Notes under the pieces: model-generated
What the model saw: the letters and a program-made list of their open reading frames with translations, nothing else
Databases searched by the model: none
What the model was told of the DNA's origin: nothing
Position numbers and translations under genes: made by a program
Part shown: piece after piece, positions 42,301 to 51,660 of the stretch
Position numbering within the stretch: position 1 is the first letter of the stretch
Layout of the letters: each line of letters starts with the position of its first letter
DNA from: Phoronis australis
Taxonomy: Eukaryota; Animalia; Phoronida
NCBI GenBank assembly: GCA_002633005.1
Contig: NMRA01000184.1
Coordinates: 313,255 to 377,254 of the forward strand
DNA length: 64,000 nucleotides
Direction of reading: 5' to 3'

Positions 42301-45300
42301 AAATCCGATTTTTTTACGCGGAAATATTATAAAAAAGCGGAAAGCACATTTGAAAAAAAGTGGAAATCCGCGTTTCCGTGGAAAATTCCAAGCCCTGGCT
42401 CATAGATAGATGTCGAAAGACTAAGCCCCACCTCCATGATGGTTAGGAGGCAGTGCTATCAATTCAAAATCCAGACCAATGCAATACCTTGGCAATCGAG
42501 AAAAAGACTGCAAGACAATAACAATACTCTTCCCAGATGGCAGCACTTCCTCTCCAACATCACCCCCCCCCACTTACGCATCCCTCTGCTTATTGATCCT
42601 GTTCTCCCTCAGTTCGTTGACGTAATTCTTATAGTAATCCTTGTGTTCAGCGACAGCCATAGTCTCCTCATCTGTGTAGGCATAGTCAGGATCTACATAG
42701 TTGTGACGCTTGGTCTTGGTGAAGATTGTCCTTCAGGTAGAAAACAAGGTGATGAGATACAACAACAACAAGTGAGACTGAACATCAAACAATATTTTTG
42801 ACCCAATGAAAAGCTCTCAAATTTCATTAAAAACAACGTCCAACAGTACAGATGTCTGCCATTGCAAGCCACTTCAGACATTGAATGCTTCATTGTTTCC
42901 ATTACGACTTTTCTCACGACAAAAAGAATACATTGTATGAGTCCCAGTCCAGTAAACACCATCCAGCAGTAGCCAACCAACACGCCTTATCTTATCTTCA
43001 AGACACCATGGCTTCATATGGAATCTAGCTTATTAACTGGCAGAGGAAAAACAACGACGAAAAAATTCTCTATGGAGGCCTTATGCACCATCTAGACAGC
43101 ACACGAAGAGCAGTAAGTACTAAGTAAATCTTACCTATATTCTTGATGTCTTTCACTGGGACGTATACTTCTGGATCTATCATTGGGGAAGGCAACCTTG
43201 ATGAACTGGTCATCCAACAATGTGGTCTTGTTGGCATCTAGTTGGTGAATGGCCGTATTGTTGCCGCCCTGGATGGCAGCTTTTGGATGGAACTTTTCCA
43301 TAGTGCCGAAGGTGGTGTCGACAAATTGGCCCACTTCACCTACTACCTTGGGACTTATACCTAAAAATTACAGACAAAGTTCCCGACTTAACTCTTGCCA
43401 CTTTTTCTGAAATGACCAGAAAATTTATTGTCTATGCAATCTGGCAAAAACATGAGATTATTTTAATTAGCCTTTGTTAAAAATTGAGGAAAATTGATTA
43501 AGAGACTGAATAATAAGAGAAATTTGGAAACAATGCAGGATTCTCAAAACTTTTGAATCTAATGAAGTAATGCAAACAATACAGCTGTTAGCAAAAACAT
43601 TACAGAAAAAAATATGGGTCAAAATTTGCATTTTTCAAAAGCTTACTACATTGCTGCGAATGAACAAAATTTCAGCAAAATTATCCTGTTGTTTGATGAC
43701 AACCGAACCACATAAACTATGCTAGCAACGAACTTAACTTTTATTTAAAATAGGACAAAATTAAATTTCGCTTATCCCCAACATTGTGTCCTAAACTGAA
43801 AAATTTTAACAGCACTGCGAAACACAACTTTCTTACAATTTCGCTGTCTTCAGGAAAACGGAATTAACTCGAAGGAAGAAAATAATTTCAGAGACCATCA
43901 AAAAATAGCATAAGAAATCTGAGAGGCAAACTATAATGAAATAGCCTGTCATACCTTCTGCCGTAATAAAGATGTGGGTAACTATATACATACCTGGATT
44001 AAATTTGGGTTCCCTTTTGACAGTGATTGGGTCGCTACGTCCCTCCAAGTTAACCTTCATCACATGGATTATGTCAAGCTCCGGAGGTGTGAATGGGTTG
44101 GTCTCACTAGTCTTGGTACCAACAATGTCTGCCATCAACTGTCGCTTGAAGGTGCCTGAAATAAAAAGTAAGGCAGGTTAGCCAGAGATCACTGTGTCCC
44201 AGGGAAAGGCTAGTATGATATTGAAACAGCACTCAGTGTAATTTCAACCAAAATTAAACATCGCACTTGACAGTACTCTTCAGTGAAAGGAGAGTGCAAA
44301 GTGACTTTCCTGTGATGCAATACCAAATTTTGAATAACAGGACAGTTTGAGTTGACAATGACGCTACTGCCTTGTTTGCACTAGTCATTTGAAACCACCC
44401 AACAGCAAGCACATCAGTGGTTTTTAGATGGCATGAAGACAACAGAGAATTTTTCAAAAATACAAAACCCAACAGCTTTAAATCTTACTCTGTTATGTGA
44501 ACTCTATCTGGTACTACAAATTTGTGCAGAGAAAACTTCATAGCCATGTGGCATACTTATTCCCAATGCTAAATTTAAATTACATATCATAAATCAATAC
44601 GCAAATGATCAATTTCCTATCTTTGTAACAATTGCCACACAGATAAGAGTTAAAAATCATTGAATGTTAACAAGAAAATCCACCTACCAACTTGCTTTGG
44701 AACAAAGGAGAATATGATGTCATGTGACTCTCCCGGCTCCACTTTGCCAGATGAAGGTGAAACGGAGAAATGCGCGATCCTCCGAAACTGGTATGTGACA
44801 GGTAAGTCTGTGGATTGGTTCTTCAGCTTGCACAGCATGTCAACATGTTCTCCAACAGGGCACTCACCAAAGTCGAACCTTTTCTGTGGAGGATCCACGC
44901 TGAGAAGCACTGGCAAGGCAGTACCCGTCAGTGCGACCTCTATTGAGCAGTCTAAAAACACCAAAAGCATAATAAACCAAGGGAAACCAATACTTGAGCA
45001 ACAGTGGTAGATTAATATGGGATTCAGGACTTCAGGTGTCACGGCATATGAATGACTCATTGGAAATAAAATTAAACTAACAAAACCAAAATCGCCTGCG
45101 AGTAATTCAATAAAGCAATTTGAATACAAAGAGGTTTCATGAGTTTTGGTTTCAAAGAGAGTTAACCATCCACCAAGGTGACTGTCTTTACTGTACATGA
45201 ACTGAACAATAATCACTAGATAACCAAATTAGTTCTTTGAGTAAAATTACACAAAACATCCATCTTATATATTTATGTTTAATTAGAAATCAAAAAAGGT

Positions 45301-48300
45301 AAGACACTGCGACACATAGCAAGAATCTTTCCTGGACCTACTGGAAAAGGCAACAATTGTAATAATTGAAATGGGAAAGTTCATCGCTGAAATATACCAT
45401 AACTCCTTTAGTAAGTTGATTTTTCTACATGCAGTAGAGCACAGAAAACAAAAATCTTCCGACAAAAAAAAAGGATTTTACGTTCCTCTTTAACACTACA
45501 GTAAACTGCACTCATCACTCAGTATGACATGCAAGGGAGACAAAGGACATTGAAAGCATGATACAGTCATGTCACACGGCCATCAACATGGAACCCTACC
45601 TATGGCACACCCTTGACAATGACGAGATTTAGCTGCAACTGTTCAAAGCAAGAGGCTTTCAGTGCTGCAGTCAGTTAGGAGAGATTTACACACAAATCAT
45701 CATTATAAAGAAGACAAAAGCTGAATAACGTGAGGATGAGATGTCTGTTTGAAAGCTCATGTATGAAATTAATAAGTTAGAACTATAATATCAAGTTCGT
45801 TACGTTGTTTTTAATTATTCAGAAGCTGAACTAGTTTAAACTGAGCCCAAGGCATGGCAGTAAAGCCGAACTCTGTATATTTAGACTTATTACCCAGCCA
45901 TGACAGAAAAAGAGAGCGAAAAACAGAAAATAGCCCCACCATAAATCAGATGAAATTTAAATTTTCTTGCTTTAACTTTGTTTTAGTTTTAAGGTGAGAA
46001 GAGACTAGCGGACAATCATGAATCAATACCCCCCACTAAATGAAAGTACCTGCAGTGCTGCTCGTCTTGGTCTGCGCCAGTTGCTGCTCCACAAAGCCAT
46101 CACTACTTCCAACCATCTGAATATTCATGAACAGAGAGAAGTCCTGTCTGGGCGCATGCTCTATAGTGCATGTGTAGCCCTGCTTGGCTGTGTTCCATCT
46201 GAAGTTACATACAGTATCATGAGCACAGGCATAGTGCAAGAGAATCTCAGCAAATGTATATTTTATTATTTGGCTGCTAGCAACATTCAGTCGCCTGTGT
46301 ACAAAAAAAATCAACAATGTTCAGAAAATGCAGAAAGAATTGTTAATACCAAATAAATCTACTGTTACGATGTCATTACTGTTGTCATTTTAATATACAT
46401 TTCTTACAAGCTTTTATGAAAATTAAGGTTATGAAGGAGCCTCAAAAAAAGTCCAAATTTGACCCAAGTTTGGAACATCATATCAGACTTCTCAGAAATG
46501 GCAGATCAGATTCATGTGAAACCTCTCAGATATCACGCTTTAACCATTGTCTTCCAAAATGCAGGAATTGCATTTTAAATGTTACACATTTGTATGAGGA
46601 GCTATGAAAAATTGGACTTTCCTGATTTTCATGAAAAACTCAAAAGTTGCATGAAAAATGTAACAGCATTTTTGAGTTTTCATCTTGAACATTCCAGATT
46701 TAATTTTGCGAGACTATGCAATTCTTCAGCTGTAGTGAAGTTATCAATGATTAGTCTGGCCACCAGAGGTGGAAAGTTACACAAGAATTAGTGTGATTAA
46801 TTGCCTTTTGAGAAGTGGATTTTTGCGCTCTGTGGTTTTTGAACCCCTTGCTAAGAATTGGACATAACATGGTTGGATTTCAACATGCCGCTGGGTGGTA
46901 AACATTGAAATAATATTTTAGGTGCTCATCATATTTTAGGTAAAACAACAAAAATGATTTACAATCATATCACAAAATCCATAGAATGCAGTGGTTGATA
47001 TATTAGGTATATTATATAGTATTACATACCGAGGGCTGAAAATGAAGCACAGAGGTATCCTCTCATAGGGGGCGATAGTGCCCTGGTTGGGCACAGCTGT
47101 GACTAATGAGGTGAGAGTATTCATTTTCCCGCCAATTCTCGACTTATCACTGGACATCAGAGAAATTGTGCCTGCTGTACTCTTGGTCAGGTCAACACCC
47201 TGCAACATGTAAGTGGACTCAAAACATGGCAAGATCACCTGGGAAATCTTTTGTCAGCACTGGCAAAAAATTTAAAACCCTGTTATCAACAACACCGAGA
47301 GTGTAGATGACTTGTCTTTTATTACTGTAACAGCTGTTTACCAAAAAGTTGACAAAAATCCTCAAAAATGTGCTTCATCAAAGTTATAGCAAAAAAAGGA
47401 AACCAAAGAAAAATATTACTGAATTCAAAACATGCTGAAAATTTTGCTACAAAATTTCGCCAATTTTTGAAGTTTGATAACTGGATTCCAATTCCGTTAA
47501 CATTTTTTGAAAATCTCTTTAACAATAATCCAATAGAGCATCGAGACAGAAACATCAGATTTCGACATTATCCTAACAAGCACCAGTCCCCTGGGCCCCC
47601 CACTCACTGTTTCCTGTCCCACCGCCCCCTCATCCAGTATACACACAAAGTGTGTAGGCTCTGGGCAGTTGTTGTACAACATGGTTATGTACTGCTTGTC
47701 AGTGCCGTAGTAAGCAGGGCCAAACTTGATGCAGTCCAGCAAGTCATCCTCCAAGGAACGTAACTCCAGGGAGCCTTTGACGGCACTGCCGACAATTTTT
47801 AGTGCGACAGGTCCCTGCCCTTCCAGGTGAACTTCAGCAGTCTCGTTAAATTTGCCAGCTTCTTTGGTAATGTATTCAACCTGAGAATGAGATAACAAAG
47901 AAATGGAATTTCACCAAGCTATTTGAGTGGGCATGTATTCAACTTCATTCAAAGTGCGCATTAATTGAATTGTATTTAACAAGAAAAGTTTGCTTCTGGT
48001 ACTGAAATAAAATAACATTTTGAATGTAGTAATCCCGGTGCATAATTAAATAAATGTAAAAATGCAGAAATCTATCGTTTCTCGTGGGTATTAACAAATC
48101 TACCTTTAAACAAAAATAAGAAGGAATAAAATAAATCAAGTTTTCAAAAAGAAATAAACAGATAAAGCATAAGGTTTATTTATAATCAACTGATAAAATT
48201 ATGTTCAGGCAAACACCTGTCATCAAACCACAAAAGACATGTTGTTGTCATAAAGAAGTTGGTCATCTGAAAGTTTGAATTTATCTAAGTATCAAACTTT

Positions 48301-51250
48301 ACGGTGAATTTGAAGCACTACTACCAACAAAGAACCCACCTTAATCTTGTGTACACTCTTGGCAGGTACCACGCCTGACGTAGGTATAATGTTGATCGGC
48401 TTGTCGCCCGTGTATTTGATCTTGAACTCGCCAGATTTAGAGCCGTGGTTGTAGAGGGGTACCTCCACCGTGACCATCTTACTGTTGGCAATGACATGCT
48501 GGAAGTTAGCTGGGCCGCGCAGCTCCAGGAGGGGCTTCACAGGACATCTGTCAATCAAAGACAATCATGAAGACACTCGTCAATCAAATGCAATTATGGA
48601 AGAGCCGTGCACAGCTATGCAGTATAAAACTTTTTAAATGTTACTCATCAAGACAGTAAAATTGACTCAAGGACACTACGTATTTCACTTCTGCAGTTCT
48701 ATTTAATTTACAATAGTTTTACTACAAATGACATAAATTATTTCCTTGCATAGACCTTTAACTTTGTTCATACCAAGGACTTTAATATGTCATTTAAAGT
48801 TTACTTACTCAAAGAAATTTGCATTGTTGTGAATGCCCATAATTTTTCAAAAATACTGTCTGGCAGTATTTATAGCACAAAACTTTGTGCAATCTTTTAT
48901 GAAAAAATGAGAAAAAGTTCACTAGTCAGTAACATTTTTTCCTAAACTAGTGAGATTCTTTGCATAAAACAAAAACTCCTACAAAGTTTTCATAAATACT
49001 TTCACTCTAAACTGATGATACAGTTAGCACAAAAATGTGTAGGTCAAATGGAAAATGTTGTCTACAAGGGAGACAACTTGGATGAGTCTCACTTTCCATT
49101 TTGGAGACAGGCCATTTTGAAATATTCTCAATTTTTTAACCTGAAGCCCAAGTGTTTTAGACACCAGGACAGCCTTTCATATTTCCTACGTTTGCGTGCC
49201 ATACTGACTTGCCCAACTGGGTCAAAACAGTACTAAGTCAGACAACAAACATGGTGGCTGTATCCAACTGGTGGAATTTTGAAACTAAAACATCAAAAGT
49301 GTGTCATCATTAAGCGGACGCAGACAATTAGGACATGACATCATAGATACATCACAAATTACAATTTGTTAACAGCAGATATATGAAAGAAAGATGTCTC
49401 CTGTGAATGTTTTGGACAATTTAAACAAATAGATTTGATGAATTGAAAAGCAATGATTTGAATCAGGTGAAAACCAATTTCAATGTCATGGGATAGTATA
49501 AAATCACCATTACGTACTGTGCCCTATTACAAGTCCTTTCATGAAGCATGCTTCTTTTTGAACTCAAATTTTCACTCTAAAGTTACCTGTTTTGAAAATA
49601 ATCATAATTCGCACATTCTTCTGCGAATTCCGGAAATGGAGAATGCTTTTTTAATAATTAGTCACCTCAAAACAAATGCAATATCTTAAACAATGACATT
49701 AGATTTGGATACCGCTATCATCTGAGTAGACACCAAAATAGAGAATTTATAATGAGATGAAAAAATTTGTTTCAATGCAATCAACAATGAGAACATACCC
49801 AGTGAGGGGAACCTCTATAACATCCCCATCAACAGTTACAACAATGCGATCTTTGTAGTCTTTAGCCTCAGTAGGTGTAAATTCTATCACACCAGCCACT
49901 TCAAGTCCAGGAGCAATTGCTATCTCTGGGTTCTTTGTCTTCAATTTGAATTGCTAAAATGACAAATAGTAAGACTTTAATACTCTGAAATTTAACAGTT
50001 CAATTACAAACACTACAAAATCTAAGGTACCCTGTACTTTGTAGATAGACAAGTACAAGAACTGGATAAGTCAATGGCCCCCAATATCACGAAGGCTGGT
50101 CAAAGTTCCTTTTGAATAGAAAAGAGGAATCATTTACATTGGCAAAGACAATTGACCAGTATACCAAGATGATGTTGAGAAAAGACTGTTGGGAATGCTT
50201 TACAATAAGAGCCCACTCTAATCTTCTGAACTCGAGACTCCACTAAAATAACAACCATAATAATAATACGCTGTCTACAATTCCAGTACAAACGTATAAG
50301 TTTACTCCCATGATTTTGCAAGAGCTCCAGTCATAAGCACTTTATGTTGACATAACTTTGATGAGGAGGTAGTGAGCAGACTGATTACCCAAGTGATGTG
50401 AAACTTCGAGGTCCTACAAAATTTACACGCAACACTTCTGTAATGACCGTGTTCTATCGCATCCATGGCAATGACATCACTCAAAATTTACATTACAACC
50501 CGAGAGTTCCCGCCATACAGACTATATTTCATATATGCTTGTTGCTGTGTGTGAGACTTGGGATCGCTATATATACATTCGAGTATACCCATTAGCTTGC
50601 ATGCAGTCTGTAGTGCATTAGCTGGCAGTATGGCTGCTATATATTGTGACTCCAAAGAGACAAAGTGCCTTTACACATTTCCGAGCAAATCATTTTTTTC
50701 AGTGAATACACTTCAGGGATATTCAAAGACTTAGTATCAGGTAAGCTGCACTATTAAGTTGTTAAAGAAAGCACACAATTCATAAGTGTGTTATGATGTT
50801 AGTCTTCATACGGCTGGCTATAGCTAGCCCAAGTGAAGACTCAGGTGGAGATGATGGGCATAGTTTGCCCAAACTGTGTAAAATACAACGATAGGTTAAT
50901 ACAAACATTTTACAGCAGAAACTTGGTAAGCTTTCAAATTCAAAAAATCATCCATGAGTGATAAAGGCCTTGCAGCAAAAGTGAAGTCACATCAGAATAC
51001 ATAAGGTTTATTGTACTCTTAGGCTTAAAGAAAATGCATTACATTTTCACAAATGTAAATTTGTCTCACAATACTTCTTACACTCCAGCACTGAACGTAC
51101 CTTCTTCTGTGGGAAGTAATATCGAATGTTTTTTGCAGTGGCGCTTGTATTCTTCACGGTGATGTTGCATTTGTACGTTTTCCCTGATTCCGTGTCCAGG
51201 AATTCAACAACATTCGGGATTATCCTAACCCCTGATACATCACCTTCCAT
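3323..51250 (-). CDS. CFAP47: Cilia- and flagella-associated protein 47 (about 3330 aa, multi-exon; repeated ASH/Ig-like modules and a calponin-homology-like segment)
   Basis: Hand-traced exons with consistent phase, 5'->3': 51101-51250, 49799-49953, 48340-48547, 47608-47880, 47030-47199, 46050-46198, 44688-44951, 43994-44155, 43135-43360, 42578-42730, 41212-41315, 39252-39431, 38828-38931, 38209-38455 (duplicate 37409-37655), 37957-38067 (duplicate 37157-37267), 36435-36565, 35285-35407, 34633-34842, 33694-33844, 32994-33091, 32262-32543, 30524-30725, 30041-30239, 29632-29723, 29120-29249, 28669-28768, 27876-28053, 27077-27322 (GC donor, optional), 26359-26602, 24658-24876, 24239-24449, 23454-23747, 22683-22799, 21607-22005, 20782-21088, 19879-20136, 19271-19410, 18896-19018, 18072-18258, 17469-17674, 16921-17064, 16460-16578, 15791-15994, 15038-15179, 12182-12357, 11374-11481, 10919-11135, 8955-9111, 7206-7440, 5920-6185, 5451-5622, 4555-4716, 4092-4260, 3323-3547. 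Sum is 9999 nt counting one copy of each duplicated exon. Starts MEGDVSGVRIIPNVVEFLD; CH-like segment ERIILAWLN...IVNFDFDLLDGMVIGAVLGAHCP; C-terminal QWVYSIVGTLPDYTPP. Size and motifs match the CFAP47 family from memory; no database search was run. Confidence 0.9.
8112..8183 (-). other. Candidate 72-nt cassette exon of CFAP47
   Basis: Long pyrimidine tract ending ctctctacag; donor gtgagt. Phase 1/1 matches the host intron; encodes VGSSNSPSCSWAVVSCATGSQKSL. Confidence 0.6.
9389..9613 (+). mobile_element. Penelope-like element fragment (pLTR-like) carrying the hammerhead motif
   Basis: About 30-bp imperfect inverted ends (aataaaaacaacaatggatttaaaac... / ...gtttaaatccatcgtggtttttatt), flanked by the 11-bp direct repeat AAAAATACCAT (9378-9388 and 9614-9624). 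Confidence 0.65.
9544..9585 (+). ncRNA. Minimal type I hammerhead ribozyme motif
   Basis: ctt-CTGAGGA-t-GGTGTTTT aa AAAATGCC-GAAAC at GTC-aag. Conserved core, 8-bp stem II with G-U pairs, palindromic ACATGT at stem III, 3-bp stem I; predicted cleavage after C9582. Confidence 0.7.
10220..10228 (-). other. Candidate 9-nt microexon of CFAP47
   Basis: Minus strand: tttattttgtattttctag|ATCTCCGAG|gtaagc. In a phase-0 intron; adds I-S-E. Confidence 0.6.
10402..10556. mobile_element. Short MITE (CAGGGGCGGAT...ATCCACCACTG) with 5-bp TSD
   Basis: Imperfect TIRs; CTGTC direct repeat at 10397-10401 and 10557-10561. Confidence 0.7.
13103..13368. repeat. About 67-bp tandem repeat, ~4 copies
   Basis: Unit aagttcatcaggtcttacacaacccttaaactacagaagcagtctaacaccacttctctaaataccc, with small indels. 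Confidence 0.9.
13636..13659 (-). other. Candidate 24-nt cassette exon of CFAP47
   Basis: Minus strand: tttctcacaag|GCATTGGTGGATACTACCCCTGAG|gtaaac. In a phase-0 intron; adds ALVDTTPE. Confidence 0.45.
14373..14815. mobile_element. MITE with CAGGGCTTGGAAT TIRs and 6-bp TSD
   Basis: 13-bp perfect TIR; TSD CTTTCT at 14367-14372 and 14816-14821. Confidence 0.85.
19685..19790 (+). mobile_element. Degenerate tRNA-derived SINE head
   Basis: A-box-like TAGTTCAGTAG and B-box GGTTCAAATCC (19733-19743) at tRNA-like spacing; no intact cloverleaf. Confidence 0.4.
20697..20781. repeat. 17-bp minisatellite x5 built from a CFAP47 splice donor
   Basis: (AGCCTCTGACCACTCAC)5, i.e. minus strand (GTGAGTGGTCAGAGGCT)5, beginning exactly at the exon 20782 donor. 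Confidence 0.95.
22461..22534. repeat. 37-bp tandem duplication
   Basis: acattattcatatataagtcactatgcaaacatgcag x2. Confidence 0.85.
25118..25190. repeat. 25-bp tandem repeat x3
   Basis: tataagcRtgcccctgccctacWag. Confidence 0.9.
25308..25384. repeat. About 41-bp imperfect tandem duplication
   Basis: tcaccatagtgaWtctatgacaacatKtctgaSgac x2. Confidence 0.75.
25829..25837 (-). other. Candidate 9-nt microexon of CFAP47
   Basis: Minus strand: cacaaacag|GTCAAAGCG|gtaagc. In a phase-2 intron; reads R-S-K-R with no stop. Confidence 0.45.
35800..35988 (-). mobile_element. Degenerate tRNA-derived SINE
   Basis: Minus strand gtgactcaatggttttagc...gacctggatttgaatcctgg (A/B-box-like). The left boundary is approximate. 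Confidence 0.4.
37104..38670. repeat. 767-bp direct duplication flanking a 33-N scaffold gap (probable haplotype assembly artefact)
   Basis: 37104-37870 matches 37904-38670 at an exact 800-bp offset, with about 13 substitutions; both copies abut the gap 37871-37903. Confidence 0.9.
40635..40643 (-). other. Candidate 9-nt microexon of CFAP47
   Basis: Minus strand: tttcttgttttatgtgttag|ATGGCCATG|gtgagt. In a phase-1 intron; reads Y-G-H-A with no stop. Confidence 0.6.
41134..41190. repeat. 27-bp tandem duplication
   Basis: attgataaggtataccgtatagagcag x2. Confidence 0.85.
41889..42397. mobile_element. MITE with CAGGGCTTGGAAT TIRs and 6-bp TSD
   Basis: Same TIR as the 14373 element; TSD GCTCAT at 41883-41888 and 42398-42403; CpG-rich interior with repeated cgcggaaa motifs. 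Confidence 0.88.
45600..45638 (-). other. Weak candidate 39-nt cassette exon of CFAP47
   Basis: ctcttgctttgaacag|TTGCAG...CCATAG|gtaggg; phase 1/1; reads VAAKSRHCQGCAI with no stop. Confidence 0.3.
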
Positions 51251-51660
51251 TTTCAATTTTATAAATCTTCAAAAAAGAGATCGCATCACCATATTTCAAA
51301 CATATTCGTATACTTTACAAAGATAACTGATCGGCCATGAATGTTTCGATGCGGTTGCTTAGAACTCTGTATATATGGTTTTCAAGGCGCGTAAACGTAC
51401 GTGGTAATCCGTGAGGTTTGTCATAACAAAGTATTTTAAAATGTATTGTAATTTACATTATATTAACAATATCCAAGACGTCTACAATCCCGACAATAAC
51501 AATAAACTAAAACCTTAAAACAAGATAATTCTTTTGTAAGTACGAAACTACTTTTGCTGTCTATGAAGTAGCTGTGTTGCTTAGCAGGCCGCCATATTGG
51601 AAGTAAATACAAGAAGTAGCAGACGTTTGTGAACTTACTTTTACTGATTGTCCTTTCGAA
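51251..51660. promoter_or_regulatory. Putative bidirectional promoter shared by CFAP47 and DNAJB13
   Basis: The two ATGs are separated by 410 bp. Contains GTTGCTTAG twice (51354 and 51576; RFX X-box-like), CCGCCATATT (51589-51598; YY1-like), GGAAGT (51599; ETS-like) and GTAAATA (51603; forkhead-like). Confidence 0.7.

Noticed and set aside
42997-43127. Possible RTE-like LINE 3' tail ending in taagta repeats
   Set aside because: Too degenerate to support without a database search.
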